DNA of 64,000 bases from NCBI GenBank assembly GCA_044356295.1, contig JBIKWN010000001.1:32001-96000 (forward strand). The letters run 5' to 3'. The notes beneath the pieces were generated by a model. It worked only from the letters and a program-made list of their open reading frames with translations, was not told the DNA's origin and made no database searches. This stretch comes from Bdellovibrionota bacterium. GTDB lineage: Bacteria > Bdellovibrionota_C > UBA2361 > JBIKWN01. The first letter of the stretch is position 1. The number at the start of each line of letters is the position of its first letter. Below are positions 9,746 to 19,808 of the stretch, one piece after another. Made by a program: the position numbers and the translations under genes.

Positions 9746-10717
9746 TTAAAGCTTTGGATTTCCAGCTATTGAATCCACTAAGTATAACGGACGATTTTGA
9801 CCTTGCTCAAAGATCCGGCCGATATACTCACCCATAATACCAAGAACCAATAATTGCGATCCACCAAGAAGTAAAATAGTTGCCATCATTGAAGTATATC
9901 CAGGAACATTTATTCCCATAATTTTTAAACCTATGATGATCACAATATACATTGCTGCAAAAATAGACACACCAAATCCAAGATAGGAAGCAATACGAAG
10001 CGGAATATAAGAAAAAGAAACAATAGCATTAAACGCCAATATTAAACTTTTTCTGAATGGATATTTAGTCTCACCGGCAAAACGTTCCGACCGTTGATAA
10101 TGAATAGGGGTCTGTGCAAAACCGACCCAAGAAACCATGCCACGAATAAATCGGTGACGCTCTCGAAGAGAGAGCAGTGCATTTAATGCAGGGCGGCTTA
10201 CTAATCTAAAGTCTCCAGTATCTTCAGGGATTGAAACTCCAGCGATTCTTGTAAGAATTCTGTAAAATGCGTAAGCGAAAAACTTTTTCGCTGCAGTTTC
10301 ACCAGCTCTTCCACTTCTTTTTCCGTAAACAACATCATAACCTTCGTTCCATTTTTCAATCATCTTTGGAAGAAGCTCAGGTGGATCCTGAAGATCTGCA
10401 TCAATGACTAAAATTACTTCACCTGCTGCTTGATCGAGTCCGCAGGTAAGTGCCATTTGATGTCCGAAGTTTCTTGAAAGCTTTATACATTTAAGATGGC
10501 TATCACTTGCGGCAAGACCTTGCATCAACTCCCAAGTCCTATCTCGACTACCATCATCCACAAGTACTATTTCATAAGGAATATTTACTGATTTTAAAAC
10601 CTCAGTAAGTCTTGAAAGAAGCGTGTGTATTACCTCTTCTTCATTATAGCAAGGAGCAACCACTGAAAGAGACTTTGGTGCGGCACTTCTGGGTGTAAGA
10701 GATGAAGTCATTAACAA
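9746..10717 (-). CDS. GT2 bactoprenol glycosyltransferase (GtrB/YfdH-like), start possibly ATG 10711
   Basis: PCYNEE, VDDGSRD, SRNFGHQ, DADLQDPPE, DTGDFRL, two C-terminal TM helices. Confidence 0.9.
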   Translation of the reverse strand: MLMTSSLTPRSAAPKSLSVVAPCYNEEEVIHTLLSRLTEVLKSVNIPYEIVLVDDGSRDRTWELMQGLAASDSHLKCIKLSRNFGHQMALTCGLDQAAGEVILVIDADLQDPPELLPKMIEKWNEGYDVVYGKRSGRAGETAAKKFFAYAFYRILTRIAGVSIPEDTGDFRLVSRPALNALLSLRERHRFIRGMVSWVGFAQTPIHYQRSERFAGETKYPFRKSLILAFNAIVSFSYIPLRIASYLGFGVSIFAAMYIVIIIGLKIMGINVPGYTSMMATILLLGGSQLLVLGIMGEYIGRIFEQGQNRPLYLVDSIAGNPKL

Positions 10718-10856
10718 ACCGTAATTATTAAGATTATTGCTTCAAAAAGTTACCACGATAAAGCGTACTTTGGATAGTCAAAAATCTTAAGAAAAACAAG
10801 AAGATATCTAACTAATAAGAGGAAACATTGAATCCTTTTACTTCGAATACATCACC

Positions 10857-12272
10857 ATGAAAAAGAATGAATTCTGCCTTGATAAGAGCCTTGAAGCTCT
10901 AGAAACATTAACTGCATATGACCTAAGCAGATGCTCTACCCAAAAAGCACGAGAGCTCATCCCTTTTACTGAAGCTAGTAAGGCTAAAATTCTTCCACTT
11001 GGTACAATGACAATTGGCACACAAAAAGATTGCCTTCTCATCGTAGCTACTTCTGATACAACTCCAGAAAAATTAAAAGAGATAAGATATTTATCTCAAG
11101 GATTAGAAATAAGAGCTGTAAAAATAGATGAAAAACCCCTTACTGAAGCGATATTCAAAGCATATAAAAAAGATTCTAACAGTATAGAGAGTGCATTAGA
11201 AAAATGCTCCCCTGGAAAAAAAATCTCAATCACCTCAACAGTTTCAGGATTAAACGAAGTGACCACTCCAGAAAACTCACTTTTGTGTAGCCTCTTTGAT
11301 CATGCAATTGCATGGGGGGCTTCAGACCTTCACATCACTCCAACAAAGCAAGGCTTAGTTATTTCAATAAGGGTAGATGGTGAAATTCGAACGAAAGAAA
11401 CTGAGGTAAGAAATGAATCATTATACGCACGACTCTTGCAAAGAATTCGTATAATTGCAGCAATTGATATCGGCAGAAAAGAACCGGCTCAAGAAGGAGC
11501 TTTAGTTATTCCGTACCTTGATAAAACCATTACCGCAAGAGTCAGCCTCGTGCCATCTCTGTTTGGAGAATCACTTGCAATACGTTTCTTAAGTAAGAAC
11601 AGTCAGATATCAATTGATAAGTTACATGCAAGTTTAAAAATGAATCACCAATTGCACGAAATTACAAAGCTTGATTCGGGACTTGTGTTAATAAGTGGTG
11701 CCACTGGTAGCGGCAAAACAACAACGCTGTATGCGTTAGCAAGTGAAATAATAAAACGTAACAAACGAATAATTTCAATAGAAGATCCAGTAGAGAGCAT
11801 CCTCGCCAATGTTACCCAGATTCAAATCGATCCAAAAAGACATATTACATTTGAAAGTTGTCTTAAAGCTGTACTACGACAAGATCCGGATGTACTTATC
11901 ATCGGAGAAATCCGAGAAGCACATATTGCAAAAGCAGCGCTACAGTTTGCGATGACGGGCCATTTGGTGCTTGCAACTATTCATGCAGGTTCTGTTACTG
12001 AAACGAGAGCTCGATTTTCATATCTTGTAGAAAATCCTCAATATGAAAATCAAATAAAAGCAGTACTATTTCAAAAGCTGTTAAAAAACCAACGAGAACC
12101 TGGAAAAAGAGTCCTTTTTATGCAAATAAATGAGGTTTTTGATGACTTAGCTGAACTGCTAGAAATTGGAATCTTGTCAAAAGAAGATTACACTACACTG
12201 AAAATACATGAACCAGTCCATCCAATCACATCTTCCGTACAGACAGAATGTCTGCATGATTCTCTTCAATGA
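10857..12272 (+). CDS. GspE/PilB-family secretion/pilus ATPase
   Basis: ASDLHI, RVDG, GATGSGKTT, SIEDPVE, LRQDPDVLIIGEIR, TGHLVLATIHA. Confidence 0.88.
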   Translation: MKKNEFCLDKSLEALETLTAYDLSRCSTQKARELIPFTEASKAKILPLGTMTIGTQKDCLLIVATSDTTPEKLKEIRYLSQGLEIRAVKIDEKPLTEAIFKAYKKDSNSIESALEKCSPGKKISITSTVSGLNEVTTPENSLLCSLFDHAIAWGASDLHITPTKQGLVISIRVDGEIRTKETEVRNESLYARLLQRIRIIAAIDIGRKEPAQEGALVIPYLDKTITARVSLVPSLFGESLAIRFLSKNSQISIDKLHASLKMNHQLHEITKLDSGLVLISGATGSGKTTTLYALASEIIKRNKRIISIEDPVESILANVTQIQIDPKRHITFESCLKAVLRQDPDVLIIGEIREAHIAKAALQFAMTGHLVLATIHAGSVTETRARFSYLVENPQYENQIKAVLFQKLLKNQREPGKRVLFMQINEVFDDLAELLEIGILSKEDYTTLKIHEPVHPITSSVQTECLHDSLQ

Positions 12273-12687
12273 TAAAAAACAAATTTTATTAGGAGAAAGA
12301 TTCCGACAAGCTGGTATTTGGCAATTTCCGCAAGGAGGCGTTGAATCAGATTTCTCTCTTGAAGAAAATGTATATCGAGAACTCGAAGAAGAGTTAGGCC
12401 TTGCTAAAAGCAATGTGGAAATTATTAAAAAACTAAATGCAACACACCGCTATGAGTGGGAAGTCACTCCACCTCAATTTGAGAATAAGTTCATTGGTCA
12501 AGAACAAACTTTTTGGTTAGTACGTGTTAAAGATGCTACCGCTATTAAACTAGACAACGAAGAGCAAGAGTTTCAAGATTTCAAGTGGCTCGATCCTGAA
12601 GTTGTACTTGCCTCTGTTGAGCCAGTAAGGATTAAAGGTTACGCTGATCCAATGTCAGAAGTTAAAGAAGTGTTATCATCGCTATGA
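12208..12687 (+). CDS. rppH: RNA pyrophosphohydrolase (Nudix)
   Basis: YRQNV, WQFPQGGV..RELEEELG Nudix box, GQEQTFWL. Confidence 0.88.
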   Translation: MNQSIQSHLPYRQNVCMILFNDKKQILLGERFRQAGIWQFPQGGVESDFSLEENVYRELEEELGLAKSNVEIIKKLNATHRYEWEVTPPQFENKFIGQEQTFWLVRVKDATAIKLDNEEQEFQDFKWLDPEVVLASVEPVRIKGYADPMSEVKEVLSSL

Positions 12688-14405
12688 ACTCTTCAGGGCT
12701 TGTCACTACCGCTCATAAAAAAATTAAAGTACGTGCTATTGATCAAAAAAATCTAAAAGAGATTCAATCGAAGCTTAGCGTTCATCCAGTAACATCAAGA
12801 GTTCTTGCAGCAAGAAATTTTCTTCCTGGTTCTGCATTAGATGTTTTTCTTCAACCGACTCTCAAGCAAGGTCTTCCTCATGCTGAGAAACTGGTTGGAC
12901 TTGTCGATGGAGCAAAACTTACAGCTGAAGTTTTTGCGCGTAAAGAAAAAATTGCACTAGCATGTGATTTTGATGTTGATGGACTTTCTGGTGGTGCCCA
13001 GGCATTTCACTTCTTAAAGCAGATTGGCTCTGACGTTAAAATTTATGTTCCTGATCGATTTAAAGATGGGTACGGCTTAAATGAAAACATGATTCGCCAA
13101 ATGCACGAAGAGGGTCATCGCTTACTCATTACTATCGACTACGGCACGACAAATATAAAAGAGATTGAGCTTGCCAGGTCTCTTGGCATGAAAACTATCG
13201 TTATCGATCACCATCATGTGGCAGAACAGCACGCCAATCCGGATGTCTTTATAAATCCTAATCAACCATCGTGTGGATTTGCCGATAAAATTCTATGTGC
13301 TGCTGGACTTGTTTGGTATTTCTTAAATGGCTTAAAGAAAGCAATTCCAGAAGCGTCCTCTATTGATCTAAAAGACTATCTAGATCTGGCTTGTCTTGGA
13401 ACCATTTGTGACATGGTTCCTCTTACTGGAGTTAATAGAGTTATTGCTAAAAAAGGCCTTGAAGTTCTTACGATAACGAAACGGCTTGGACTTATTTCAC
13501 TAAAAAATGTTGCTGGTATCAAAGGTACAGTCAACTGTCATGATGTTGGTTTTGGAATTGGTCCACGAATTAATGCGGCTGGCAGAATGGTGCACGGTGA
13601 AGTTGTTATTGAGCTACTAACTACAGATCAAACAGATAGAGCAGAAAAGTTGGCTGGTAAACTCAACCGATTAAACAACGATCGACAAGACACAGAGCTC
13701 TTGGTTAAAGACCAAGCTATAAAAATGATTCAAAAACGTGGCATTCTTGAAGCTGGACTTGTTGTATTTCATCCTGATTTTCATACAGGTGTAGTTGGAA
13801 TTGTTGCTCAGCGCCTGGTTGAAACATTTTACCGTCCTGCTGTTGTTATGGGAGTGGATTCGGATGGAATGTACAAAGGATCGGTTCGAGGTATTAAAGG
13901 ATTTAATGTTGTTGAAGCATTACATGCAATTGCCCCAACAATGATTAAGTTTGGTGGACACAGTGGGGCAGGGGGAATGTCAGTAGCGCCTGATAAGATG
14001 CCAGAATTTGTTGAGTTATTTAAAGCAGAATGCGTAAAGCGTTTAGAAAAAATCGAGACTGTACCTTACGTAGAAGCTGATACGGAAGTAGTGCTTGATG
14101 AGCTTGATTTTAGTGTCACTGATGAGCTTCAAGGTTTTGCACCGTTTGGCATGGGAAATCCTACTCCAATTTTATTGGCTAAAAATTTAAATATTATTGA
14201 AGTTGCCGTAATCAAGAAGGCTCATACAAAAGTTATCTTCTCAGATGGTAAACGACATATGACTGGAATGTTTTGGAGGAATCCCTCGCACCCAGCCCTC
14301 GTTACTGGAAGTGCCGTAGATGTGGCTTTTAAACTCGATAAAAGCACTTTTAATGGGCGTACAGACCTTCAAGCTACGATTCAAGCTGTAGAGCAATCAA
14401 AGTAA
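12684..14405 (+). CDS. recJ: Single-stranded-DNA-specific exonuclease RecJ
   Basis: DFDVDG, PDRFKDGYG, IDHH, GTICDMVPL, PRINAAGR, FGGHSGAGG, PFGMGNP. Confidence 0.97.
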   Translation: MNSSGLVTTAHKKIKVRAIDQKNLKEIQSKLSVHPVTSRVLAARNFLPGSALDVFLQPTLKQGLPHAEKLVGLVDGAKLTAEVFARKEKIALACDFDVDGLSGGAQAFHFLKQIGSDVKIYVPDRFKDGYGLNENMIRQMHEEGHRLLITIDYGTTNIKEIELARSLGMKTIVIDHHHVAEQHANPDVFINPNQPSCGFADKILCAAGLVWYFLNGLKKAIPEASSIDLKDYLDLACLGTICDMVPLTGVNRVIAKKGLEVLTITKRLGLISLKNVAGIKGTVNCHDVGFGIGPRINAAGRMVHGEVVIELLTTDQTDRAEKLAGKLNRLNNDRQDTELLVKDQAIKMIQKRGILEAGLVVFHPDFHTGVVGIVAQRLVETFYRPAVVMGVDSDGMYKGSVRGIKGFNVVEALHAIAPTMIKFGGHSGAGGMSVAPDKMPEFVELFKAECVKRLEKIETVPYVEADTEVVLDELDFSVTDELQGFAPFGMGNPTPILLAKNLNIIEVAVIKKAHTKVIFSDGKRHMTGMFWRNPSHPALVTGSAVDVAFKLDKSTFNGRTDLQATIQAVEQSK

Positions 14406-14460
14406 ACTATTTTAACCCTCTTCTGTTGATTTTTATAAATAAAATCAATACCTTCTACAC

Positions 14461-15150
14461 ATGAAACTAACGATTGTTATCCCCTGCTACAACGAGAAAA
14501 ATACAATTCACGATATTATTAAAGCTGTTAACGAGTGTCCAGTTGTAGATAAAGAGATCATCATTGTTGATGACTATTCAACTGATGGTTGCAGAGATAT
14601 TTTAAAAAACGAAATTGCACCTCACGTTGCAAAGATTGTGTATCATGATTTCAATCAAGGAAAAGGCGCAGCGCTTAGAACTGGTTTCCAACACGCAACA
14701 GGAGATATCGTTGTCGTTCAAGATGCCGACCTTGAATACGATCCGAAAGAGTTAGCACTCCTTATGGATCCAATTGTTCGCGGCAAAGCTGATGTTGTTT
14801 TCGGTTCAAGGTTTATGGGTGGACAACCTCACCGTGTTGTTTACTTCTGGCACATGGTTGGAAATAAGTTCTTAACACTTCTTTCTAATATGTTTACCAA
14901 TATTAATCTTACCGATATGGAAACATGTTACAAAATGTTTCGTCGAGAAATCATTCAAAGTATAAAAATTGAAGAGAATCGATTTGGATTTGAGCCTGAA
15001 ATCACCGCTAAAATTTCTAAACTTAACTGTCGGATTTTTGAGATGGGTATTTCTTACTACGGAAGAACCTATGCTGAAGGTAAGAAAATCGGAATGAAAG
15101 ATGGATTCCGCGCGATATATGCAATTATTAAATATAATTTGTTTTCATAA
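14461..15150 (+). CDS. GT2 polyprenol-phosphate glycosyltransferase (DPM1-like)
   Basis: [47 protein letters not shown]. Confidence 0.9.
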   Translation: MKLTIVIPCYNEKNTIHDIIKAVNECPVVDKEIIIVDDYSTDGCRDILKNEIAPHVAKIVYHDFNQGKGAALRTGFQHATGDIVVVQDADLEYDPKELALLMDPIVRGKADVVFGSRFMGGQPHRVVYFWHMVGNKFLTLLSNMFTNINLTDMETCYKMFRREIIQSIKIEENRFGFEPEITAKISKLNCRIFEMGISYYGRTYAEGKKIGMKDGFRAIYAIIKYNLFS

Positions 15151-15200
15151 ATAATCTGGCTCGTAGGTTTTTGCACGTTGTCTTGTTTAAGTAGTTATAG

Positions 15201-15527
15201 ATGCCAACTTGTACACAGTTAAAACCACCGAACGGTCTGTCGGATATTCCAGAGGATAACGTCTGGATTCACACTCATGTTCTCTCTACGGAATATTTTG
15301 GTGTGGTAGGATTAGCTGTATACAGCATTGAGGAACTAGCAAAATTAGTATTCCCAGATTGGTCTGACCCAGTAGTTAAAAAAACTTTTAAAGTAATTGA
15401 GATACCCTTCGAGGAGGCCCGAGAGATTGCAAAAACTACATTAAACTCGGATGGAGAACAATTAATTGCCGTACATATTCATGACGAAAGTCCCATGATA
15501 CCTTCTCGGACACATTGGGTAGATTAG
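15201..15527 (+). CDS. Hypothetical protein
   Basis: 108-aa ATG ORF with protein-like composition and no recognised motif. Confidence 0.55.
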   Translation: MPTCTQLKPPNGLSDIPEDNVWIHTHVLSTEYFGVVGLAVYSIEELAKLVFPDWSDPVVKKTFKVIEIPFEEAREIAKTTLNSDGEQLIAVHIHDESPMIPSRTHWVD

Positions 15528-15754
15528 CAGCTAGACGATAACGGAATTTAGTTACGAGATGGAAAAGATCAAAGTAATTTAATTCTTGAAAAAAAATCAT
15601 TTTCTAATTAAGTACTAGCGCCTCCTACCGAATCTTTAACTTTTTATAATGATCTCTTGTTAATCAAGATCGCCTCTTTTGTATTCTGCGAATTCAGATT
15701 TAAATACCTTCGGTGATGGGAAAAGTCGAAAAACATCGGACATAGAATAACTAT

Positions 15755-16102
15755 ATGAAGAAAATTCTCTTTGCTTGTTTTTTTATCTTAATAGACACAT
15801 CTTTAGCCTTTGCAAAAATTGGAGATCCTAAACCAATCACGATTAATAATGTCACATATCAAAGCCATGCTAATTATGTTGAGGCATTGAATGCCACTAC
15901 CCAAGGCCAAATATGGCGAACCACTTTCCCTGGCAGCATAAAACCTGATTCAATTAATCCGAATCTTGAAGAAGACGTTCAATGGCATATAGTATGTTGC
16001 CTAAAAGTTACAGACGACTTCGTAGAGGCAAAATTCAGGCAAATTACTTATCGCTTGAATAGAGTAACGGGTAAAATTGTCTCAGCAATTCCGGCAGAGT
16101 AA
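15755..16102 (+). CDS. Exported hypothetical protein
   Basis: Sec signal MKKILFACFFILIDTSLAFA, small beta-rich mature region. Confidence 0.7.
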   Translation: MKKILFACFFILIDTSLAFAKIGDPKPITINNVTYQSHANYVEALNATTQGQIWRTTFPGSIKPDSINPNLEEDVQWHIVCCLKVTDDFVEAKFRQITYRLNRVTGKIVSAIPAE

Positions 16103-16201
16103 GATTTTTCGCAAATAAACTGGATTTATTTAAAATAGTGTCGTTTATTATTAGCACATGATTTGCAATAAGTTCTTAACGCTTCTTTCTAATATGTTTC
16201 G

Positions 16202-16284
16202 GTGACTTTTACTGATTTACGAATACCTCCAGCCAATAGGCTAGAGAAACTTCATGGTAATCGTGCCGGACAGTGAATTATCAC
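16202..16284 (+). pseudogene. higB: Decayed HigB (RelE-family) toxin fragment
   Basis: Manual translation VTFTDLRIPPANRLEKLHGNRAGQ* matches the HigB core (DLRIPPGNRLE.L.G.R.GQ). VNYH (typical HigB ending VDYH) follows in another frame, just before higA. Confidence 0.8.
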
Positions 16285-16294
16285 GAGTTAAATT

Positions 16295-16591
16295 ATGAAA
16301 AAAAAGAAATTAAATCCTATTCATCCTGGTGAAGTCCTTATGGAAGAATTCTTGACTCCCATGAATCTAAGCCAAAACAGGCTCGCTCTTGCTCTTGGTG
16401 TGCCAGCTCGCCGAATTAATGAAATTGCTCTCGAGAAAAGAGGGGTGAGCGCGGATACTGCCTTAAGGCTTGCGGCTTACTTTGGTAATTCAGCTACTTT
16501 CTGGCTTGGACTACAAATGGACTACGATCTCGATTGTGCGAGAATAGAAATTGGAAGTTCTATTGAAAAAGATGTTCGAAAAAGAGCATAA
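16295..16591 (+). CDS. higA: HigA-family antitoxin (HTH-XRE)
   Basis: PIHPGEVLMEEFL..LSQNRLA..VPARRINEI..SADTALRLA.YFG....FWLGLQ..YDL. Confidence 0.95.
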   Translation: MKKKKLNPIHPGEVLMEEFLTPMNLSQNRLALALGVPARRINEIALEKRGVSADTALRLAAYFGNSATFWLGLQMDYDLDCARIEIGSSIEKDVRKRA

Positions 16592-16730
16592 CTTAGATTT
16601 TATAGTCAAAGAAGTCAGCCAAAAAAATAGGACTGTCCTTCATCATATCTTAGAACTAATGAATCTATAAACAATACTAAAAAAAACTACTCCGTTACAG
16701 TTTAAGCTACAAAAAACTGCAGGTAGGGCT

Positions 16731-17180
16731 TTGGAAGTTCAGTCAATTAAAGATTACTCGCCATCTTTTTCTAAAGCTACTCTCATTGGAGGTGGTGTAG
16801 ATGCTTTTACTTTTAGTAGTTTTGAATCTGAAAAATATGGAATTATTGCTTTCTTAGTTAAAGGATCATTACTTTATTGTGATGTTAGCACTCAAACGGT
16901 GAATCCAAAGCAGCTAGAAGAAGCAAAAGCAGACAGTGAAAGTTTTCGCAGTGCTTCTGATATTGTTTCAGCAATAAAAGCTATCATTGATATCTATAAA
17001 AGGCCCCCAAATGATGTTTCCGAATTGAGCACGTATCTTAAAGATCAAATTTCATTAAAGAATTTTGAATTTCGCCCTCTTAACGGTGAGGACGGAACTA
17101 TTCGAACACTGCCCTTGGTGGGGGGAAGTATTTCAATTCAATATATCAATGGGGAAGTTCGTATATGTGCAGTAAAATAA
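16731..17180 (+). CDS. Hypothetical protein (start uncertain, possibly 5' truncated)
   Basis: 149-aa ORF from a TTG start; the frame is open a little further upstream; no recognised motif. Confidence 0.5.
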   Translation: MEVQSIKDYSPSFSKATLIGGGVDAFTFSSFESEKYGIIAFLVKGSLLYCDVSTQTVNPKQLEEAKADSESFRSASDIVSAIKAIIDIYKRPPNDVSELSTYLKDQISLKNFEFRPLNGEDGTIRTLPLVGGSISIQYINGEVRICAVK

Positions 17181-17254
17181 ATTAGAATTCAATTCTGTGG
17201 AATCAAGAACTAATCTCTTAAAATTACTCAGTTCTAGTATCTAAAAAAGGGGAT

Positions 17255-17281
17255 TAAGTACTTAATATAACATGCCGATTA
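17255..17281 (+). promoter_or_regulatory. sigma28 (FliA) promoter of the hybrid kinase
   Basis: TAAG-N15-GCCGATTA versus consensus TAAA-N15-GCCGATAA, 22 nt before the ATG. Confidence 0.7.
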
Positions 17282-17303
17282 TACCTCACTGGCGAGTTAT
17301 ATA

Positions 17304-19751
17304 ATGAAAGCTGATTTACCTATCAATGAGAATGAAAGATTAGACGAATTATATTCGTTGGATATTCTAGACACTGAATCGGAAAAAATATTCGATGAGC
17401 TTGTTGCATTAGCTGCAAGGCTCTGTGATACACCGATCGCACTGATTTCTATTGTTGATAAAGATAGGCAGTGGTTTAAAAGTAAACTTGGTCTTACTGC
17501 TAGTGAAACTCATCGAGACTTAGCTTTCTGTGCACATGCAATACACTCGACCGAGCCTCTTATTGTCAATGATGCTACTAAAGACTCAAGATTCTCTGAT
17601 AACCTACTTGTAACCGGAGATCCAGAAATCCGGTTCTATGCTGGAATACCGCTGGTAACATCTAAAGGCTACGCTTTAGGAACGCTCTGTACCATTGATA
17701 CAAAACCAAAAGAGATCCCTGAACTAGCCATAGAAACATTAAAAGTATTAGCGAAAAATGTAATTTTTCAACTTGAATTAAAAAAGAAAAATAAGGAAGT
17801 TCAAAAAGCGTGTATCGCTTCGATTGCAAGTGAAAGAAAACTTGAAAAAATCCTTAGTACAACTTCTGTTTTTGTTTGGACTTCTGGAGTAGATAAAAAA
17901 TGTGACTACTTTAATCAGTCATGGCTTGATTTCACTGGAAGAACTCTTGAACAAGAATTAGGAGACGGATGGGTTGAAGGAGTGCATCCTGCCGATCGTC
18001 AAAGATGCTTCAGTACATATAGTGACGCGTTCGAAAAAAGAGCCCCTTTCTCGATGAATTATCGCTTAAAATATAATGATGGTACCTTTCGTTGGATAGA
18101 GGGCAATGGAAACCCTTGGTTCTTTGATAATGACGATTTCGGTGGTTACGTTAATTGTTGTCATGATATTCATGAAAAAGTTCGCATCGAAGAAGAATCA
18201 AAGTTTATCAACGAGAGATATGACCTTGCAGTACAAGGATCCTCCGACGGAATCTGGGACTGGATAGATGTAAAATCAGAAGATGAGTGGTGGTCAAAAA
18301 GATTCTATGAGCTACTGGGGTATGCGGATCAAGAGATTCCTTCGACTCGTTCTACTTTTAAATCTCTCCTTCATAAAGATGATGTCGATAAAACTTTTAA
18401 AGCAGTGAATTCAGCTTTTGAATTTGACGAACCATTCAATATTGAATACAGATTAAAAACGAAAAGTGGGGTTTACCGTTGGTTTCAAGGTAGGGCAAAA
18501 GTAGTTCGTGATGAAATAGGGAATCCAACAAGAATGTCGGGTTCAATAACTGACATCACCGCTAGAAAACGTGCTGAAAACGACCTCAAGGAAGCAGTCA
18601 TAAAAGCTGAGTCGGCAACGAAATCAAAGGCGTTATTTCTAGCTAATATGAGTCATGAAATCCGCACTCCTCTGACTGCAATAATTGGATTTACTGAAAC
18701 CGCAAAACTTCCCGATTGCTCACCCGAGCTTATGCAAGAAGCTTTGGATGTCGTTAGTTCAAGTAGTCAACACTTACTTGGTATCATTAATGATATTTTA
18801 GATTTATCAAAGCTTGATGCAGGCGCAGTCGTATGTGAGAAAATAAATTTCTCTGTTGTAAAAATATTACTAGACACTCAAAAACTCTTTCAGCTTAGGG
18901 CAAAAGAGAATGGGCTTTCGCTTAATTATCATTATAATTGGCCTTTGCCATCAACAATCACAGGGGATCCTCTTAGGCTAAAACAGGTACTATTAAACCT
19001 AATAGGTAATGCAATAAAATTTACAAAGAGTGGTTCGGTCGATGTAACAACATCTTTTAATCAAGCAACTAACAAGATCCAAATCTCTATTAAAGATACT
19101 GGAATTGGACTAACAACAGATCAACAAGCCACTTTGTTTACTCCATTTACTCAGGCTGATACTTCAACAAGCAGAAAATTTGGTGGAACTGGACTTGGCT
19201 TATCAATTACAAAACAACTTCTAGAGATGATGTCAGGTACTATCTCGGTAAACAGTATACATAACAAAGGCTCAGTTTTTACCGTTGAATTAGATACTTC
19301 TAGCAGTACTGGATTTACGATGCTTTCTTCAGTAGAACAGAGCACGAATGATTTCGTACAAAAAGAAAATAATTCCACGCTTCCAACTTTAAAAGGTAAA
19401 ATCTTAATAGCTGAAGATGTGGCAGCTAATAGAAGACTTCTTGAAGTTATTCTTAGAAAAACAGATTTAGAGATTGTATTTGCTCTGAATGGAAGAGAAG
19501 CTATTGAAGCTACTACTAAAAATAATTTTGATCTTATCCTTATGGATATGCAAATGCCTGAAGTTGATGGATTCGAGGCAACTAAAGAGATTAGGAGCAA
19601 AAATAAGAAAGTTCCAATTATTGCCTTTACTGCAAACGCTTTAAATGAAGATATTATTAGAACACAAGAAGCAGGGTGTAATTCGCATCTTGATAAACCT
19701 TTAGATCGTAAGCAATTTATAGAAACGCTTATGCTCTACCTTTCAAAGTAA
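17304..19751 (+). CDS. Cytoplasmic hybrid sensor histidine kinase (GAF-PAS-PAS-HisKA-HATPase-REC)
   Basis: GAF (AFCAHAI, IRFYAGIPL), two PAS/PAC domains, FLANMSHEIRTPL, NLIGNAIKFT, DTGIG, GGTGLGL, ILMDMQMP; no TM segment. Confidence 0.95.
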   Translation: MKADLPINENERLDELYSLDILDTESEKIFDELVALAARLCDTPIALISIVDKDRQWFKSKLGLTASETHRDLAFCAHAIHSTEPLIVNDATKDSRFSDNLLVTGDPEIRFYAGIPLVTSKGYALGTLCTIDTKPKEIPELAIETLKVLAKNVIFQLELKKKNKEVQKACIASIASERKLEKILSTTSVFVWTSGVDKKCDYFNQSWLDFTGRTLEQELGDGWVEGVHPADRQRCFSTYSDAFEKRAPFSMNYRLKYNDGTFRWIEGNGNPWFFDNDDFGGYVNCCHDIHEKVRIEEESKFINERYDLAVQGSSDGIWDWIDVKSEDEWWSKRFYELLGYADQEIPSTRSTFKSLLHKDDVDKTFKAVNSAFEFDEPFNIEYRLKTKSGVYRWFQGRAKVVRDEIGNPTRMSGSITDITARKRAENDLKEAVIKAESATKSKALFLANMSHEIRTPLTAIIGFTETAKLPDCSPELMQEALDVVSSSSQHLLGIINDILDLSKLDAGAVVCEKINFSVVKILLDTQKLFQLRAKENGLSLNYHYNWPLPSTITGDPLRLKQVLLNLIGNAIKFTKSGSVDVTTSFNQATNKIQISIKDTGIGLTTDQQATLFTPFTQADTSTSRKFGGTGLGLSITKQLLEMMSGTISVNSIHNKGSVFTVELDTSSSTGFTMLSSVEQSTNDFVQKENNSTLPTLKGKILIAEDVAANRRLLEVILRKTDLEIVFALNGREAIEATTKNNFDLILMDMQMPEVDGFEATKEIRSKNKKVPIIAFTANALNEDIIRTQEAGCNSHLDKPLDRKQFIETLMLYLSK

Positions 19752-19808
19752 CACTGCTGAAATTAAGTCTTTTCGTGTAAAGGATATAATTCCATTGCCC
19801 AATAAATT

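Noticed and set aside
15528..15610. Readthrough extension of ORF 15201-15527
   Set aside because: A second in-frame TAG follows after 7 codons; there is no recoding signal or recognisable domain.
15701..15732. sigma28-like boxes TAAA...GTCGAAAA before the exported hypothetical gene
   Set aside because: The spacer of about 20 nt is incompatible with the 15-nt sigma28 spacing.
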